64,000 nucleotides of DNA, taken from NCBI GenBank assembly GCA_051362555.1, contig CM120644.1:16576534-16640533 (forward strand). The letters run 5' to 3'. Shown here piece after piece: positions 14,305-27,691 of the stretch (position 1 is its first letter; each line of letters starts with the position of its first letter). Under the pieces are notes generated by a model that was given only the letters and a program-made list of their open reading frames with translations, did not search any database and was not told the DNA's origin. Source of the stretch: Lingula anatina (lineage: Eukaryota; Animalia; Brachiopoda). The position numbers were made by a program, and so were the translations under genes.

Positions 14305-14989
14305 CGCTCTCTCTCTCAATATTAGATACAAGCATATGTAGGAAGGAATGCCTCAGAGTAAAAAAAAAAAGAGTAGGTGAAAGGTCACATTTTTCATAAT
14401 CCATAACCAAATCAGAATAGAAACATCCAGCTTAGGGAATTTGGATAAGGATGATTTTTTTATCAATACATAAGCCTCCTATCCACTGCAGCCAAAGGAT
14501 CCCTTAGCATGTGGCCCTGGTCATGAATAAATAATAACTTCATACCCAGCCTGGCCTGCTTGGCATTTGTACTCAGCCACTTGTGCAAATATACAGCTCC
14601 GAGTTCATATGCTGTGTTTACTATGGCGTGGAAGCTAGCTGGTTCTGCTTTCTGCCCCCTAGATCTGGCTGTTATAAAGTAAATGCATGTAAAGAGAAGT
14701 CTTAAGTGAATGTGTGAGAGAGAGAGAGAGTGTGTGTGCGTGTGAGCTGAATGGTGTGGAATCTCGGGGTGTGGAACGTGTGCACGGTCTAACGATTTCA
14801 CCTCAGCCAAGCATAACATGTATGTGTTGTGAGCTGTGGGGCATCATAATACAATTCCTCCTTGCGTCTGGGTCCACAAAGCTGCCTTTCTCTCTATATA
14901 CACACAAGCACATGACATATATATATATACGTACACACTTAGCTGTGTATAGTATAGTCTAGTACATGCACTTCTCTACCCTCAAGGCC

Positions 14990-15230
14990 AGCGAGTGTTT
15001 CCCAGTGCGTAAATCCTGAAAATTCTCTCTACTGTGTCAGTGCCAGTCTAGGCATAGCACATATCTCCCACGCTAACAACACCAGTATCTGACTCTAATC
15101 AGTGGGGCTCTGTGGTCATTTACTGGACTGGACACTGATAGAGTGGACGCAGACTGGCCTGAACGGAGGAGAAGAGGGGAAGTGAAATTGGAGGAAGATT
15201 TTTACTGAGGGAGGAGACTGTGGTATTTCA
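14990..15230 (+). promoter_or_regulatory. Putative internal promoter/5'UTR for the 15231 exon
   Basis: GC-enriched unique sequence with TCAGT initiator-like motifs near 15037 and 15099, directly upstream of the ATG exon. Inference only. Confidence 0.35.
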
Positions 15231-15317
15231 ATGGCTGCGTATGCTGGCAGGTTCCCGGGCAGATCACAATCTTATTACCAGCCTGACCTGATTCCGAGTC
15301 AGTACTCGGCGCAAAGG
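15231..15317 (+). CDS. Candidate alternative first coding exon of the same gene (MAAYAGRFPGRSQSYYQPDLIPSQYSAQR)
   Basis: ATG at 15231 (tcaATGG), 29 codons, then a consensus donor AGG|GTAAGT at 15318 in phase 0, the same phase as the 8276 donor. Y/Q/P/S composition is similar. A purine-rich UTR-like leader lies upstream with no pyrimidine-tract acceptor. Confidence 0.65.
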
Positions 15318-15909
15318 GTAAGTCTGCGTGTGTGTGCGTGTGTGTGTATATGTGTGTGTGCATGTGCGCATATGTGTACTGATATGTGTGTGCATGCTGA
15401 TGCATTTCTGTGTGTATGTGTTATTAAATGGGTGAGTTAGAGGTATATTTGAGTGTGTATGCATTTCTTCTTGTGTATGTGTGAGTGGATTGGAGAGGTT
15501 TGTGTGTGAGATATTATGTATGTTTCTGCATGTGCGCTTATGAATGCGCGTTAATTAACAGTAATCTATGACTTATCATGATGGTGTAAACTGAGTGTCA
15601 ATGCACAAGCTTGTGCACCTGTATTATTATGTGTTTTTTTGCACTTATATGAATTCTCTATACGAAAAGATGAAACATGGGTGAGAAAATAGGTCCCTTA
15701 TGTATAGTATTCTATATGGAATGTTATATTTGTGGCCAGATGCTTTAGCCATCAGAGTGGGCAGATCCAGGTGGTTTACATGTGTTACTTTATAAAGACA
15801 GCTGCTGCATCCTACCAGTATGGCTGCATTTTTAACGCGCTCATCAGCGATATTTGCAACTTGCCACTTATTTTTCACAGTTATATGGAGAGATAGTTGC
15901 TGCTCATAA

Positions 15910-15975
15910 ATTTGTATTCTTATACGATTTATTTGTATTCTTATACAGTTTATTTGTATTCTCATACGAGTTATT
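15910..15975. repeat. 21-bp tandem repeat x3
   Basis: ATTTGTATTCTTATACGATTT-like units. Confidence 0.75.
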
Positions 15976-16667
15976 TGAATTGGTTATCACATTGTGTATC
16001 AATGGGGATCCTCCAAAATTCCGCCAAATCTCGCTTGAATTTTTACTAAGTCACAAAGATTTAGCTACATCTTAGATGATCCCCATGTTATGAAGATATG
16101 ATTCCTCATAAATTCCTACCATTCGCATGTCATTTATTTGCATTTATCAACCCAATGTATATATCAATCGTTTCTGTCATTTTCTTCCACTTGTGAAGGA
16201 CCTTTGGCTGTATGAACGGAAATAATTAATCTATAAAGGTATGTCATAATTTGGAGTCTGTGCGGCACAGATTACAAGACGTCAATACCTGGGCATTGAT
16301 TAATGTGGACATACCTTGGCTGTGGGAAAAGGTGTCAGGATAGAGACACCCCACCCATATGATAAGAATAAGTTGTTTTTTTTTTTTTTTGTTTGTTTGT
16401 TTGTTTGTTTGTTATCTTCATATTTTACCAGGGGTGGGGAGATATCCAAAAATCTGTCAAAAAAGGTGGGGAAGAAAAATGCTGCAAATTTGTAGCATTG
16501 CAATTTTGCTCCCTTATTGTTGCTGCTATGTAAAATTTGCGACAATAGACTTCATTGGATTTTTTTAGGAAGGTGGTGAAGGAGCATAGCTAAGAAATAT
16601 CTTCTGGGGTTATTCTGCCATAAACTGCTAGTCCACCATTAGTTCAGAAATAACTTGATCTTTTCAT

Positions 16668-16840
16668 TAGGGAAAATTGTGAATTTTACGGATCTTGCAA
16701 TTTTTAAGTCAGTTTCTTGAAATTATAGATCATTTCTGTTGAGCAATAGCAACTAAATGAAAAAGCAGGCTACTCTATACTTGTATTCTATGCAGTCAAA
16801 ACACCACATATGCTATTTGGAAATATGATTTTTGTGCCTA
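16668..16840 (+). mobile_element. Old interspersed repeat fragment (transposon end-like)
   Basis: Aligns by eye with 24402-24580 (TAGGG.AA.ATTGTGAATTTTAC.GAT ... TAGCAACTAAAT ... TATGCAGT.AAA.CACCACA). Confidence 0.65.
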
Positions 16841-17632
16841 TATATTTGAAGTTTATGCCAAGTTATCCCGGCTCACATTGGCCTATAGCATTACATTATC
16901 TGGGCATCTGATTTGGCAGCTGAGAATATTTACACTGAGTGATAGGATGCCATCACTTCAAAGTGATGATGGAAAGCATCAACAAATTATTTATTATCTT
17001 GACCTGTTGAAGATTGAATATTGTGTTGAAAATTTCATCACGGGATTGGTTTAGGAAAAATGGTATCCTAAGGGAGCCTAAGATGCCTTCAGGTTGCTAC
17101 CATTTTATCATTGTGTTAAGGGTAATCTTAATATTTGAAAAAAAATTTTTTTAGTGATTTATACATATTTTTGATACATAAAATTTCTAGTGAATCAAGT
17201 ACTCAGACTTGATGAGAGAAATTTAGTTGGACCAACATCTCAGATAAATTTTATAGTGGGTGGCACTGGTGTAGGGGTGGAGTAGGGTCATGAAAATGTT
17301 GAATGAACCAACGTGACTGTCATATTGATTAAAGATATGGAAAAAAACCTGAAGCACAGCTAAGATGAAAAATATTTAAGGCTTCAAGAATCAATAAAAA
17401 GAACCATGTTCAGGCCAAAGCCAGCGATATTAAGCATTAACTTTGACGACCATGTTAGGTATGCTATTAAGTGTAATTATGTCAGTAATATGTTATGTAA
17501 GATTTATTAATGGATCATACTGTTGGTAAAGCTGTGCTTTTAAGTGTGATTACATCAATCCTGTGCAACATCAGGTAACATGCCAGAATTAACAGCATTT
17601 TTATCACTTTGGTGAAATATTGTCACTATATA

Positions 17633-17799
17633 CAGGGGTGGATTGAGACCGCCTTCTGGGTCTTCCAGAAGATGGTCAACTTTCCAAGTTAACAATGACA
17701 GGTATCTAATTTTTTTTTCGAAAGACAGTCAAAAATAGAGGATGGATCAATAAAGATAATTTGGAAGACTGTCAGAAAATATCTCTGGCTCTGCCCCTG
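17633..17799 (+). mobile_element. MITE family C, 5-bp TSD
   Basis: CAGGGGTGGAT ... CTCTGCCCCTG, flanked by ATATA. Homologous to 28639 and 54420. Confidence 0.9.
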
Positions 17800-18322
17800 A
17801 TATATCACACCAACAGCCAGTTGGATCTCATGTGATAAAAATATCACTTAGATGTCACTTGATAAATATAAATATCACTTAGATGTCATATCATACTATT
17901 ACTATATATACTTTATATCACACCAACAGCCAGTTGGATCTCATGTGATAAAAAAATATCACTCAGATGTCATATCATACTATATATACTATATATACTT
18001 TATATCACACCAACAGCCAGTTGGATCTCATGTGATATAAGATATCACTCGGATGTCATATTATTCACTATATAACACATCGTCACCTTGTTGGATATCA
18101 TGTGATAAAGATCTTTATCACTTAAGTGTCATGTCAGTCACTATATATATCACATAGTCATTCAGTTGGATATCATGTGATATAGATATCACTTTGTTGC
18201 TATTTAGTTACATATACCACTAAATGATGTATCTTTTATCAGACCCTACATCAGACCATCTCTTAGTTTGATATCATATGATATGAATATCATTCTGATG
18301 TTATTTTATGTGATATATCACA
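17800..18322. repeat. Degenerate 75-110 bp minisatellite rich in ATATCA/TGATAT
   Basis: ATATCACACCAACAGCCAGTTGGATCTCATGTGATA is perfect near 17802, 17915 and 18002, followed by decayed units. Confidence 0.85.
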
Positions 18323-19798
18323 TTTATGGTATATGTGGCAATGCGACATCTTGATCCTTTATAAGGTGATATTTCAGGGCGTGGCAGGTAACATATCCAT
18401 CCATACAGTTTAGATTCTGGACTTGACTTGCATAAATTTTGACACAGAACTGAATCAGTTTTGAATCAGAACAGTGATAAAACTTTTCTCCAAGAACTCT
18501 TTGAATTTTCTTCACCTGCAGTGTTTTATTTTTAGCGCTCCACCAAACCAAAATCTTATCATTATAGAGTAGGGAAGACCTTGAGATTGTGATCTAAGAA
18601 TATTATTATAAGTGTCTGATGCCAAGTCTCAACAGATAACCCAGCTGTTACTCGATGTCTGTGTTAACATAAACATCCCAAGTACCTGCTGGTAGGTTTT
18701 TGGTAAAGGGAGAGAGTAATTAGGTACAGTGCTAAGATACCTGTAGATCTGAGTTTGTTTAGCAGGAATGAGGTGGCTATATTTTTACATGTGTGATGAT
18801 TACCTTCTAATAAATTTGAATAAAAATGATGCAATGTTTCCGAAATGGTGTTTTGTTACCCATATTTGATAAAAGGATTATTAAAAAGTTCTTGAAAATC
18901 AGATTCATTTCAGAGGATGTTTTTTTGTAAGAAACTTAAAGTGATAAATCTTGAAAAAAAAATGATATTATAACAAATCTACTAAATTACTCACCTTGTA
19001 AATTGCTATGCAATTTGGTTAGATCATTTGATTTTGAAAAAAAGTTGGATTTAAGTACACACTCACTGTTTTCAATGTTACATGAATTATTGAACCATAT
19101 ACAATATAAAACTAAACCCATCTGGAAAATTAAATTATACCTATGTAACTTGCACACATTTTCTTCATGAAGTCATACTGAAAAAAATTATGTTGGCTGA
19201 TCAGTTGGAATTTACACAAGACATGCTTCGCATGAAGAAGTAAAGTATTTGACACACAATGAGGTTCTAAAATGGCCTGTTGAAGCAATTGTGGGTTTTT
19301 CTTTCTTAAAATAGCAGAGATGAAGACAACCATGAAATGATAAAATATTTAAGAAAAAGAGCAAAGTGCTTTAAGGTGTCTTTTGGCAAAGTTTTTTTGT
19401 ATCTTGCTGGTTCACCCAAGGCAACTTAAAACCACAAATGATGAAATTGCAAAAGTCTAAGTGATAAGACTTCTAATGGCTAGAAGTTCTAAAATGTGCA
19501 CATCTGAAAAGGAACTTTGGATATATGCTCTTTTGAATAAATGACAGTTAATTTGTGGGAAAAATATCAAAAGTAGGATCAAACTCCATTCCAATAGATT
19601 TGAACTCCGGTGGTCTACCAGTTGTGTCTTAAAGGTTCTAACTTAAATCCAACGGACTATTGTCAGCGATAAGTCTTGAAATTGTGGAAAGTTTCATTAT
19701 GGCTATATCTTCTGGAACAAATTTTTGGCTATTCTATATCCCCCTCTTCCTCTCTCTCTCTCTTTACCCCCCCCCCCCCAATTGTCTGTTAGTGTTAC

Positions 19799-20001
19799 CA
19801 GGGGCCTGTAAGGGGGGGGGGGGTGCTGGGTGTAAGAAAGATCTACCTTTTTGGTAGAAAGAAGGTCTGCTCTGAATCCAAATTTAATCCAAGTTCTGTG
19901 CCATTTTTAAAGTGTGATCAGCCAAATGAAAGGGTGCAAAAGTTTCATTTTTTCAAAAAAAAAAAAAAAGACACCCCTTTTAATTGCTGGCTAGAGTCCT
20001 G
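19799..20001 (-). mobile_element. MITE family D-related, degenerate inverted copy
   Basis: CAGGGGCCTG + poly-G ... TGCTGGCTAGAGTCCTG, flanked by GTTAC both sides. Confidence 0.65.
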
Positions 20002-23000
20002 GTTACTGTCAAAAGTGACTGAGAGAGGACTGCCATATATACTCTCTTCAGTAGAAAAAGGCCCCTAGAAAAACCATCTGGTTCTTGTCAGTACCATTGA
20101 GAGCTCTCATATGGTAGCCAAAAAAACTTGAGGTCACTGCAACTCAATTTTATGCAGGAATGGCTGTATTTTCTTGCTTCTTGAAACTAAAAACCACCAA
20201 TGTTTATCTACCGTGGTGGTTTCCATAGAGCAATTTGATAAAAGAACTGATGTGGAAGGTTGTAGTCTGGAATGCTCGTCTGGGATCTCCAGACCATGTT
20301 CTAGAAAGTTTTTTCTAGAGAGATTTTAAACTTGGAGTGGTACTCTAAGGCATGCGTACGCTAAGAAAAGTGTTAAATTGTTCCCTTTTGACTGAATGTT
20401 ACTGCATAAGCTGGAGTTGTTTGAAAATATTTTTTGGACTTGGTTAAATTGTGATTTGGATCTGAAAATTGATTTGAGTATTTATTTGAAACATAGTATA
20501 GGCGAGAGAGTTCAAAGATAACTTTGGCTCTGATTTGGCATGTTGTTTTTTTCCTATCTTTGGCAAATGGATAACTCAGACATGCAACATCAATAAGAAA
20601 ATAATACTCTCCAAAAAAAAAAAAAAAAAAACATGAAATTAGCCTTCATTTACTTCAATTTTTGAAATTTCAAAAGAAAAAAAAAACTTGTTGCGATCTT
20701 AACATTGAAAGCCACTTGTGACTTTGCTTCAAATTAAAACACCAACCACCGGAACTGCTGTAATCATTCTTAAAACAAATGAAAAGATTGTACTTTTTTA
20801 CTCCCTTAAAAAGCTTTTTCCTCTCAAGTGGAAAAAACGTCTGTGATCTCTTAATGTGGATATTTCCCGTCAGTGAATTGGAAACTTTGAAACTTATATC
20901 CTCCTCTTTTACATTCCTCAAGAAATTAGGCTGTCTGGGCTGCGGTTATGATATATCATGCAGAAGCAGGGCCAAAACAGATGAAAAAGGGGCCAAGTTG
21001 TACTGCTTTTATGAAGTAACTTTTAAAAAAAGTAAGAAAGAAGGCATTTTAATATGCCTTAAGTTATGTCTTGCTGAATCATAAATCTTTTGGTTTGAGG
21101 GGAAAAAAAAACGAGAGAGAGAGAGAGACTTTTGGCTTATATATTACTATATGTATTGTCATGATACAAAAAGCTGGAAAATGTGATCACAAATTGCTAG
21201 TATTATATGGAGTGTGGGAGGCATCGTGGTGTCAGCCATATGTGAGCAAAATCAAAAACTCTTGTCAATTGTATTGTGTTCTTCATTTATGGTTTTATTG
21301 AAAAAATGGGCCCAAGATAAATGTAAACTATTGTGAAAAACACCAGATTTGTTCTAATATATTTGCAGGAATTTTAGAATCTGTAAACCAGTCTGAAAAA
21401 GGTAATTATTAATAAAATAAACAAAATTACAAAAAATATCCTATTGAGAATGCTTAAAACCTGAAAAGGTATCATAACATGCAATTATTATATTTTAGAT
21501 TTTTTTTTTTTTTTTTTGGGGGGGGGGACCAATCTGAAAGATAACAGCAACGATAAACTCTCCAAGTTCATCTGGGGTTACTTGTTGGAAGAAGATATCA
21601 GTAAGACAAGTTTTCCATATTAAATACAGTTCATACTGAGTTCATGCTATACAGCATGTAAATATTTGAAACAGGTTTCAAGGTAGTAGGTAATGGCTTC
21701 ATTACTTCGTGCATGGCGAGTAAATATGGAACATCATATTGGATATTGCGTTTCCTTTATTAGTTAAGGTACTATTGTATTAGATAACCTTAGGCCTGGT
21801 ATTGTTTCTAGCCAATCCCACATCATAAAATTTAAGTGGAATCTTTTCAGCAGATTACAGGGGCAAATATTAGCCATTCATATGGTAACCACTGCCAAAC
21901 ATGAAATATTTTGTGGTAAATGTCAGGAGAAATTTATATTTACTAGTAGAGGTTCTTATTACTTAATACTTGTTGCTTTTTATCTCTCATCTTTCATCTG
22001 CTAGCAGCAGGAGTTTAGCCAAATTAAATGCTTTTCTTACTACCATAGAATGCCTTGGTTCCATTAGTTCCAGTGATAAAAATCTGAAAAAAAAAAGACC
22101 ATCCAGAATTGAATTAGGGAGCCCAAAATATAGCTAGATGGTTGCTTGTCTAAGACCTTTGTTAGTATTTTTTAAGCCGTAATTACATTGTAGCAATTAA
22201 GATTTGCTAAATTGTTCACATTATTGGGGCTTTAAAAGCCAATAATCCTCAAGTTTTCACTAATTTAGTGTTTCGATAAAAGACGTTTCTTTTCTGTAAA
22301 TTGCCTCTAGTAAGACTTGTTAGTGATTCCTTTGAAAAGGGAAAAGAAAGAAGGCTTACGTATGTCTCTTGTGCACTTGTTTGAGTTGTAAATCCAGGTT
22401 TACATATTATGACTGTTTCAGAAAGGATTCTCAGAATATTCTGTGGGATTGCCTACACTTGTAAGTTCTGAAAGATTAAGGAAAGTCTGTGCTCTGCCAC
22501 AAACCCAAAGTCGACCTTCTGTTGTGGCAGTGGTATCTCTGAAAACAGAAAAAAAAAAGAAACGAGTTTGAATAATTACTTGTCAGAGCCAGTAGGGGAA
22601 GCAAGAACCGAAATGTCAAACATATTACATCTGTACTGGACATCTGTTGTTCAGTTTATGATGAATAGAAACCATTTTGATAAAAAATGATATGAAATTA
22701 TATATATTTCTGCAGAATAAGCTTAGGGGTGTCATTTTACTGGAGAAATGTTTAACTTCCGATCCATACAATGAACTTGTAACATCTGACCCATAATAAA
22801 CTAAAAAAGCATTCTTTTTAAATAAACTGTAGAATATATTTCCCTTATATTCATTTTAAATGTAATACAAAAAAAAAAAAAAACATACTGGGTGACAACT
22901 ATAATGGATATAGCACAGGCTACTGGTACCAGTACTGTGGGGAGCTTGAGCACTAAAGGTTTTTTTTCCCAAAGTTTTTATGATGCCTTAAATTGGAACC

Positions 23001-23031
23001 TGGTACAACCTTTCACTGACTTAAACAAACT

Positions 23032-23281
23032 GGTGTTACTGCACTATCGCACACACCCGCGCTTGACCAATACGAATCATGTGTATTGTGACCAACGAGG
23101 CTCTCTGTTGGTGCCACTGTCTTGTACCAGAAAGCCCCCCATAACAAAGTCTGCTTCCCATTACGTTGTACAGGTTGGCCTCGCCCTAGATTTTGACCCA
23201 CTTAGGCCAGACTAACCCTAACCATTGTAACTATATGGAGGGCGGACTTTCTGTCACAAGGACCCTCAGTTTTGTGACACC
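23032..23281. mobile_element. Possible degenerate non-autonomous DNA transposon
   Basis: GC-richer island bounded by GGTGTTAC / GTGACACC with an internal CTAACCCTAACC. Single copy and no clean TSD. Confidence 0.35.
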
Positions 23282-24401
23282 ACCCTTAACAACCTTAACA
23301 AGTGCTCAAAAGAGTAACATTTGCTGCCTTGGTTGATAGGTGGTAATATTTACTGCGTTTTCCCATAGAAGTTGTCACCTTTAGAAATGATTTCTGTTCT
23401 TTCACTGGGGGTGTCATTGTATCTTTACACAAAAATCAAATAAAGGAAAAATCAATGAAATTGCTCAGAGAGCAAAGCAACTTGGCCAAATTGCAAAATT
23501 AGTTTTTAAAACACAAAAAGATAAATAGAATCTGGTGATTAAAAGATAATTCAACTTATTACTGTCATTCTTAATATTCTGAAAATGGAATTTCATAGTT
23601 CTAAGAACTGATTTTCTTAAGTGACAAGAAATAAAATCATTAATTTCAGTTGAATCGAATTTAAGTTGATTTAAGGATAAATCCATTTTAAAGTAGCCCT
23701 CTGCTGTATGACATACTTAAAAAAACCAAGAAGGTAATTAAAATAATAATGAAGATATTATAATGAGATTTTGTTTGATATGGACAAAATACAAAAAAGG
23801 TCAAATTGACAATGACATTGAAGAAGACCCTTGAGAATTCACTTAAACATGAACTAATAAAAAGGTATCTTGACCCTGTTTCACCTTCCTCAATTTTTTT
23901 TTTCGTGTTAACAGGTGAGTGAATTTGAATAGCCAGTTGCCATTGAAGAAGAATAAATTGATACTAACCTTTTGTCACTGGCCCATGCATTATACATTGC
24001 CGCTTATAGTATATGGGCTGTAATTGAATCGGGTGACAGAATGACCTTCTGAAGATGGAGGACACCAGACATAGGTCATCTTTATGTCACATTATTATGG
24101 ACTGAAGTCATAAAAAGACTTTGACCTTAAATTTTGTGGCTTGTGATATGACAAGTATTATTTTATGACAGAGGACAATGTACTATAATCAGGGCATGGC
24201 TTTTCTTTCACAAAACATCTGTGACTCAGAAATTTGGTCAAACTTTTAGACTAAAATTTTAATCTACTTTGACTAAAGACAAATCAGTGATAGGAATATT
24301 GACTATTTTTTAAGACAATACAGGCAGGATTAATATGATTCAAACAAGTGCTCAGTTATAGTGGACAACTATGGATTATGGTATTTATTTGATCTTTTCA
24401 A

Positions 24402-24580
24402 TAGGGGAAGATTGTGAATTTTACAGATACTGTATTTTTTAAGTCATAATTTCTTAAAATTAGAACACTCCTAGTGAGTGGTAGCAACTAAATTAAAAAG
24501 AAAAGGCTTCTCTGTAGTTCTGCTGTATGCAGTAAAAGCACCACAAATATCTGAAAGTTTGATAATTTTTTTGCTCAATT
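24402..24580 (+). mobile_element. Old interspersed repeat fragment, second copy
   Basis: Similar to 16668-16840. Confidence 0.65.
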
Positions 24581-25035
24581 ACATTAAAAAAATTAAGTCT
24601 TTATTATTTCTTGAAATAAAGTAGACCAAATGTTTGGTCTTTTTAAAAGTTTAGGCTAATTTCTGGGCTAAAATTCTTTTGTTAAACCTGACTACGGTTT
24701 TACACGCAACCACCCAAGATGAATAGAAGATGCTGTTGTTGTTACCTATTTATTAAGATGCAGTTTGACTCCTGTCTGGAAACTGTCTGAAGAAAAATAA
24801 TAAACTATTTAACCAAAACATTTCTATTTCCTCTTGAGGCTTGCCATGCAGGTTTACCAAGTTAGGGAAGTTGATTAATAAAAATTGGGACCTTCCATTA
24901 TGTAGATGTGTTAAGATTGATCAAATTGGAATTCAAATGTAGTCTAATTTCTGCTGACCTAACTGAGGAATACCCTTGCTTTTAAATAGGGAACCCCCCT
25001 CTACTCCCCCCCCCCCTCCCTCAAGTTTTCGCTTA

Positions 25036-25220
25036 GACAACATTCGCAACAGTGGACTAACAGAACCGCTGATCAAACATGGCAACCCAGTTAAAAGATT
25101 GCCGCGTAATTCTCTAATACACACTGAATAGATTCCTCTCGGAGATTACACAACAAGTATTCTAATGGGTCGTCCACATTTGATCCGAAGATCTGTTAGT
25201 CCACTGTTCTGAATGCGTTC
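25036..25220. mobile_element. MITE family E
   Basis: Arms CATTCGCAACAGTGGACTAACAGA / TCTGTTAGTCCACTGTTCTGAATG; flanks TTA/TCA. Confidence 0.75.
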
Positions 25221-25238
25221 TCAGACTTCATAGACTTA

Positions 25239-25496
25239 GGCTTCGTTCACATGCAATGTCTTTTTTCTAAATTCTATTTTCTATTCGCGGTATGTCTTAT
25301 GATCACGGTCTGTGCACTGAATATCCCGCGGCGTAATTACTGGCAGCGCGAGCCAGTTACTATAAGTTACTATAAGTAATTGGCTCCCGCTGCCAGTAAT
25401 TACGCGGCGGGATATTCAGTGCACAGACCGTGATCATAAGATACCGCAAATAGAAAATAGATTTTTAGAAAATAGACATTCCATGTGAACGAAGCC
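25239..25496. mobile_element. MITE family F, almost fully palindromic, PIF/Harbinger-like
   Basis: TIR GGCTTCGTTCACATG / CATGTGAACGAAGCC, TTA TSD. The arms pair over about 120 bp, and CpGs are retained. Confidence 0.92.
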
Positions 25497-25788
25497 TTAG
25501 AGAACAAATACCTGCGGTTATTTTCTGTCTGCTGACTCTTTCAGTGAATTCTTTAGGTAAGACGGGGGTAAGCTGGTATGACGAGAAAACAGACTTTTAT
25601 GACAGTAAAGCACACACACTCTAATGGGACGCCTTTCAATAACTGTCCAACATTACCTCTGGATTACACTGGAGGGGAGAAAAGGGTACGTTACACAATC
25701 TGTTGCACAATATGTGTTTGGTTTCTGCACTCACTTGACTCGGGGAAAGTTGACTGTGTGACTTGTCACAGGTAAAGTCAAGAGGTGC

Positions 25789-25825
<37 letters not shown>

Positions 25826-26759
25826 CTCACTTGGCACATCAATCCCCATCCCCACCCAAGCAAAGTCAAATTTAAGGAATGAAGAAGAATCTTTTGCACT
25901 TTTTACACTATTTCTGTAGGTTGAATTACACTTGTTTTAAAGAAAAAATAAAACTTACTACTTTTTTTTTATTATGTATTTTTTCATTTACTGCCATTTG
26001 TTTAAAGAACATTCATTGGGTGGTAGAAGTAAAGACCAAATATAATATTTGTACGAGGTCTTTGGGAAGATTTTCACTGTTATAGCAGGGTATGGTCAAC
26101 CGGTTGTACTAGGGGTCATTAAAATATGGTCAGTCCTTAATCCTCTCTGGTCAGATTGGCCTGAGCTAACATCACAATATTTGAGGAACCACTCCTCAAG
26201 GGCGGATGTGACTCAAGCTCTGAGTGGTAAACCATACCCTCCCTTCATGAAAATCTTGACTTTATATCAGTAATACCAACAACCAATCACCCAAACCAAA
26301 GGTCCTAAATAAATAACTTATACGGTATTGGTCAGTAGTTGTGTTAGATAGTGCAGAACTTCAAAAGAAACATAGAACTTCTTAAAATTTTGTTTGTGTA
26401 GGAATTTAGACTTGGCCAGTTGACAAGGGAATGAAGTTTGAGGTATATTATTCATAACAGAGCACGACTCTCATAATTCATAATCGTAATTACTTGCTCT
26501 TGTTGACCAGTGCATGTTGTTTTTTGACCTTTTCCTCATCTAACAAACAATAAAAGCCCTGGTTAGATATTCCCTCAGGGAAAAGGTCAGAGGTCAGATG
26601 AAAGTTTTATACTGTCTCTGCACAGTGTTTCTTATTTATCCCATATCCAGTGACTCATTTTTAGAATGGCTTTAATGCAGTTTTAATATCCTTTCCATAT
26701 ATGGGTCCCTGTTTATAAGATGATGCAACAAACCCATGATACTGCGATCTGCTATTTAG

Positions 26760-26918
26760 TTCTGACTTTATTCTCAGCAAAGTCCAGTTTTATTTGTGTA
26801 ATTGTTCCTTTTTTATGTATATATTTCTGGTACTGTTATTTGGTTCTGACATTGTTCTCAGCACAGTCCAGTTTTACGTGTGTAAATGTGCCTTTTTGAT
26901 ATATATTTCTGGTACTAT
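26760..26918. repeat. Diverged tandem duplication, about 83 bp x2
   Basis: TTCTGAC.TT.TTCTCAGCA.AGTCCAGTTTTA ... ATATATTTCTGGTACT occurs twice. Confidence 0.8.
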
Positions 26919-27691
26919 AGATTAACCTTGAGGTGTGTATATATTCAAGGCGCCAATGCTTTCTCCATGACATATTAAATACATCCAGTCTGCCAGCTGG
27001 AGGGGGTGAATAAATTCAGATCTTTACTTAGAAGTGTAACCGAGTTATTCGGGTGATTTTCGAACTACATGTAGAATCAGATAAGGAAAATTCTGTGTAG
27101 TTGGACAACTGGTATTTGAAATAATTGGAAGTGCTTTGATTTTTCTTGAAAATTTTTTACCAGGTAAGAGTAATAATAATAATAATAATTATCATTATAA
27201 TAATAATAATACTTGCTTTCATGAGAATTTATAACATAATTTTGGGTCTTTTTTTTTTTAGTAACCATATGTCTTTGGATCAATTGATACATTTTTAACA
27301 ACAAGCAGGAAAAATAATTAATTTCTGGTTTTTCATATTTCCTTAAAATGATCTGCTTACTCCAGATAAAAAAAGTTTCATCCAGTGGATTTTAATTAAT
27401 GCCATTAGTGTCTTCTGTTTGTCTCTTTCTAAAATATATTTTCTTTTTAAGATGATGAAAAAGAAAATCAAATATTTTAATGCCATCAGATCATGTTCTG
27501 TTACGGGGTGACAGATGGGATAATTGGTGCTACATCTTCTCTGACATTTGGCAGACTTTTTGTGGTTTTATCAGGGTGTGTGACCCTTGTTATATATATA
27601 TCATCTGTCATATTCCCATTAGGTCTTATTGTATGTTAATCAGCTGGCTGGGATTGGAGTAAAGGGATTTTGCATTGAGTGTTAAATTTAA

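Noticed and set aside
15355-15400. Rbfox TGCATG sites downstream of the exon
   Set aside because: Expected by chance in decayed (TG)n tracts, which occur throughout the window.
17800-18322. CRISPR-like 36-bp repeat with 50-80 bp gaps
   Set aside because: The gaps are homologous to each other, so this is a minisatellite.
18738-18758. miR-10-like sequence TACCTGTAGATCTGAGTTTGT
   Set aside because: It differs from mature miR-10 at three positions including the seed region, and there is no complementary star arm nearby.
23212-23224. Telomeric (CCCTAA)n
   Set aside because: Only about two units, inside a probable transposon relic.
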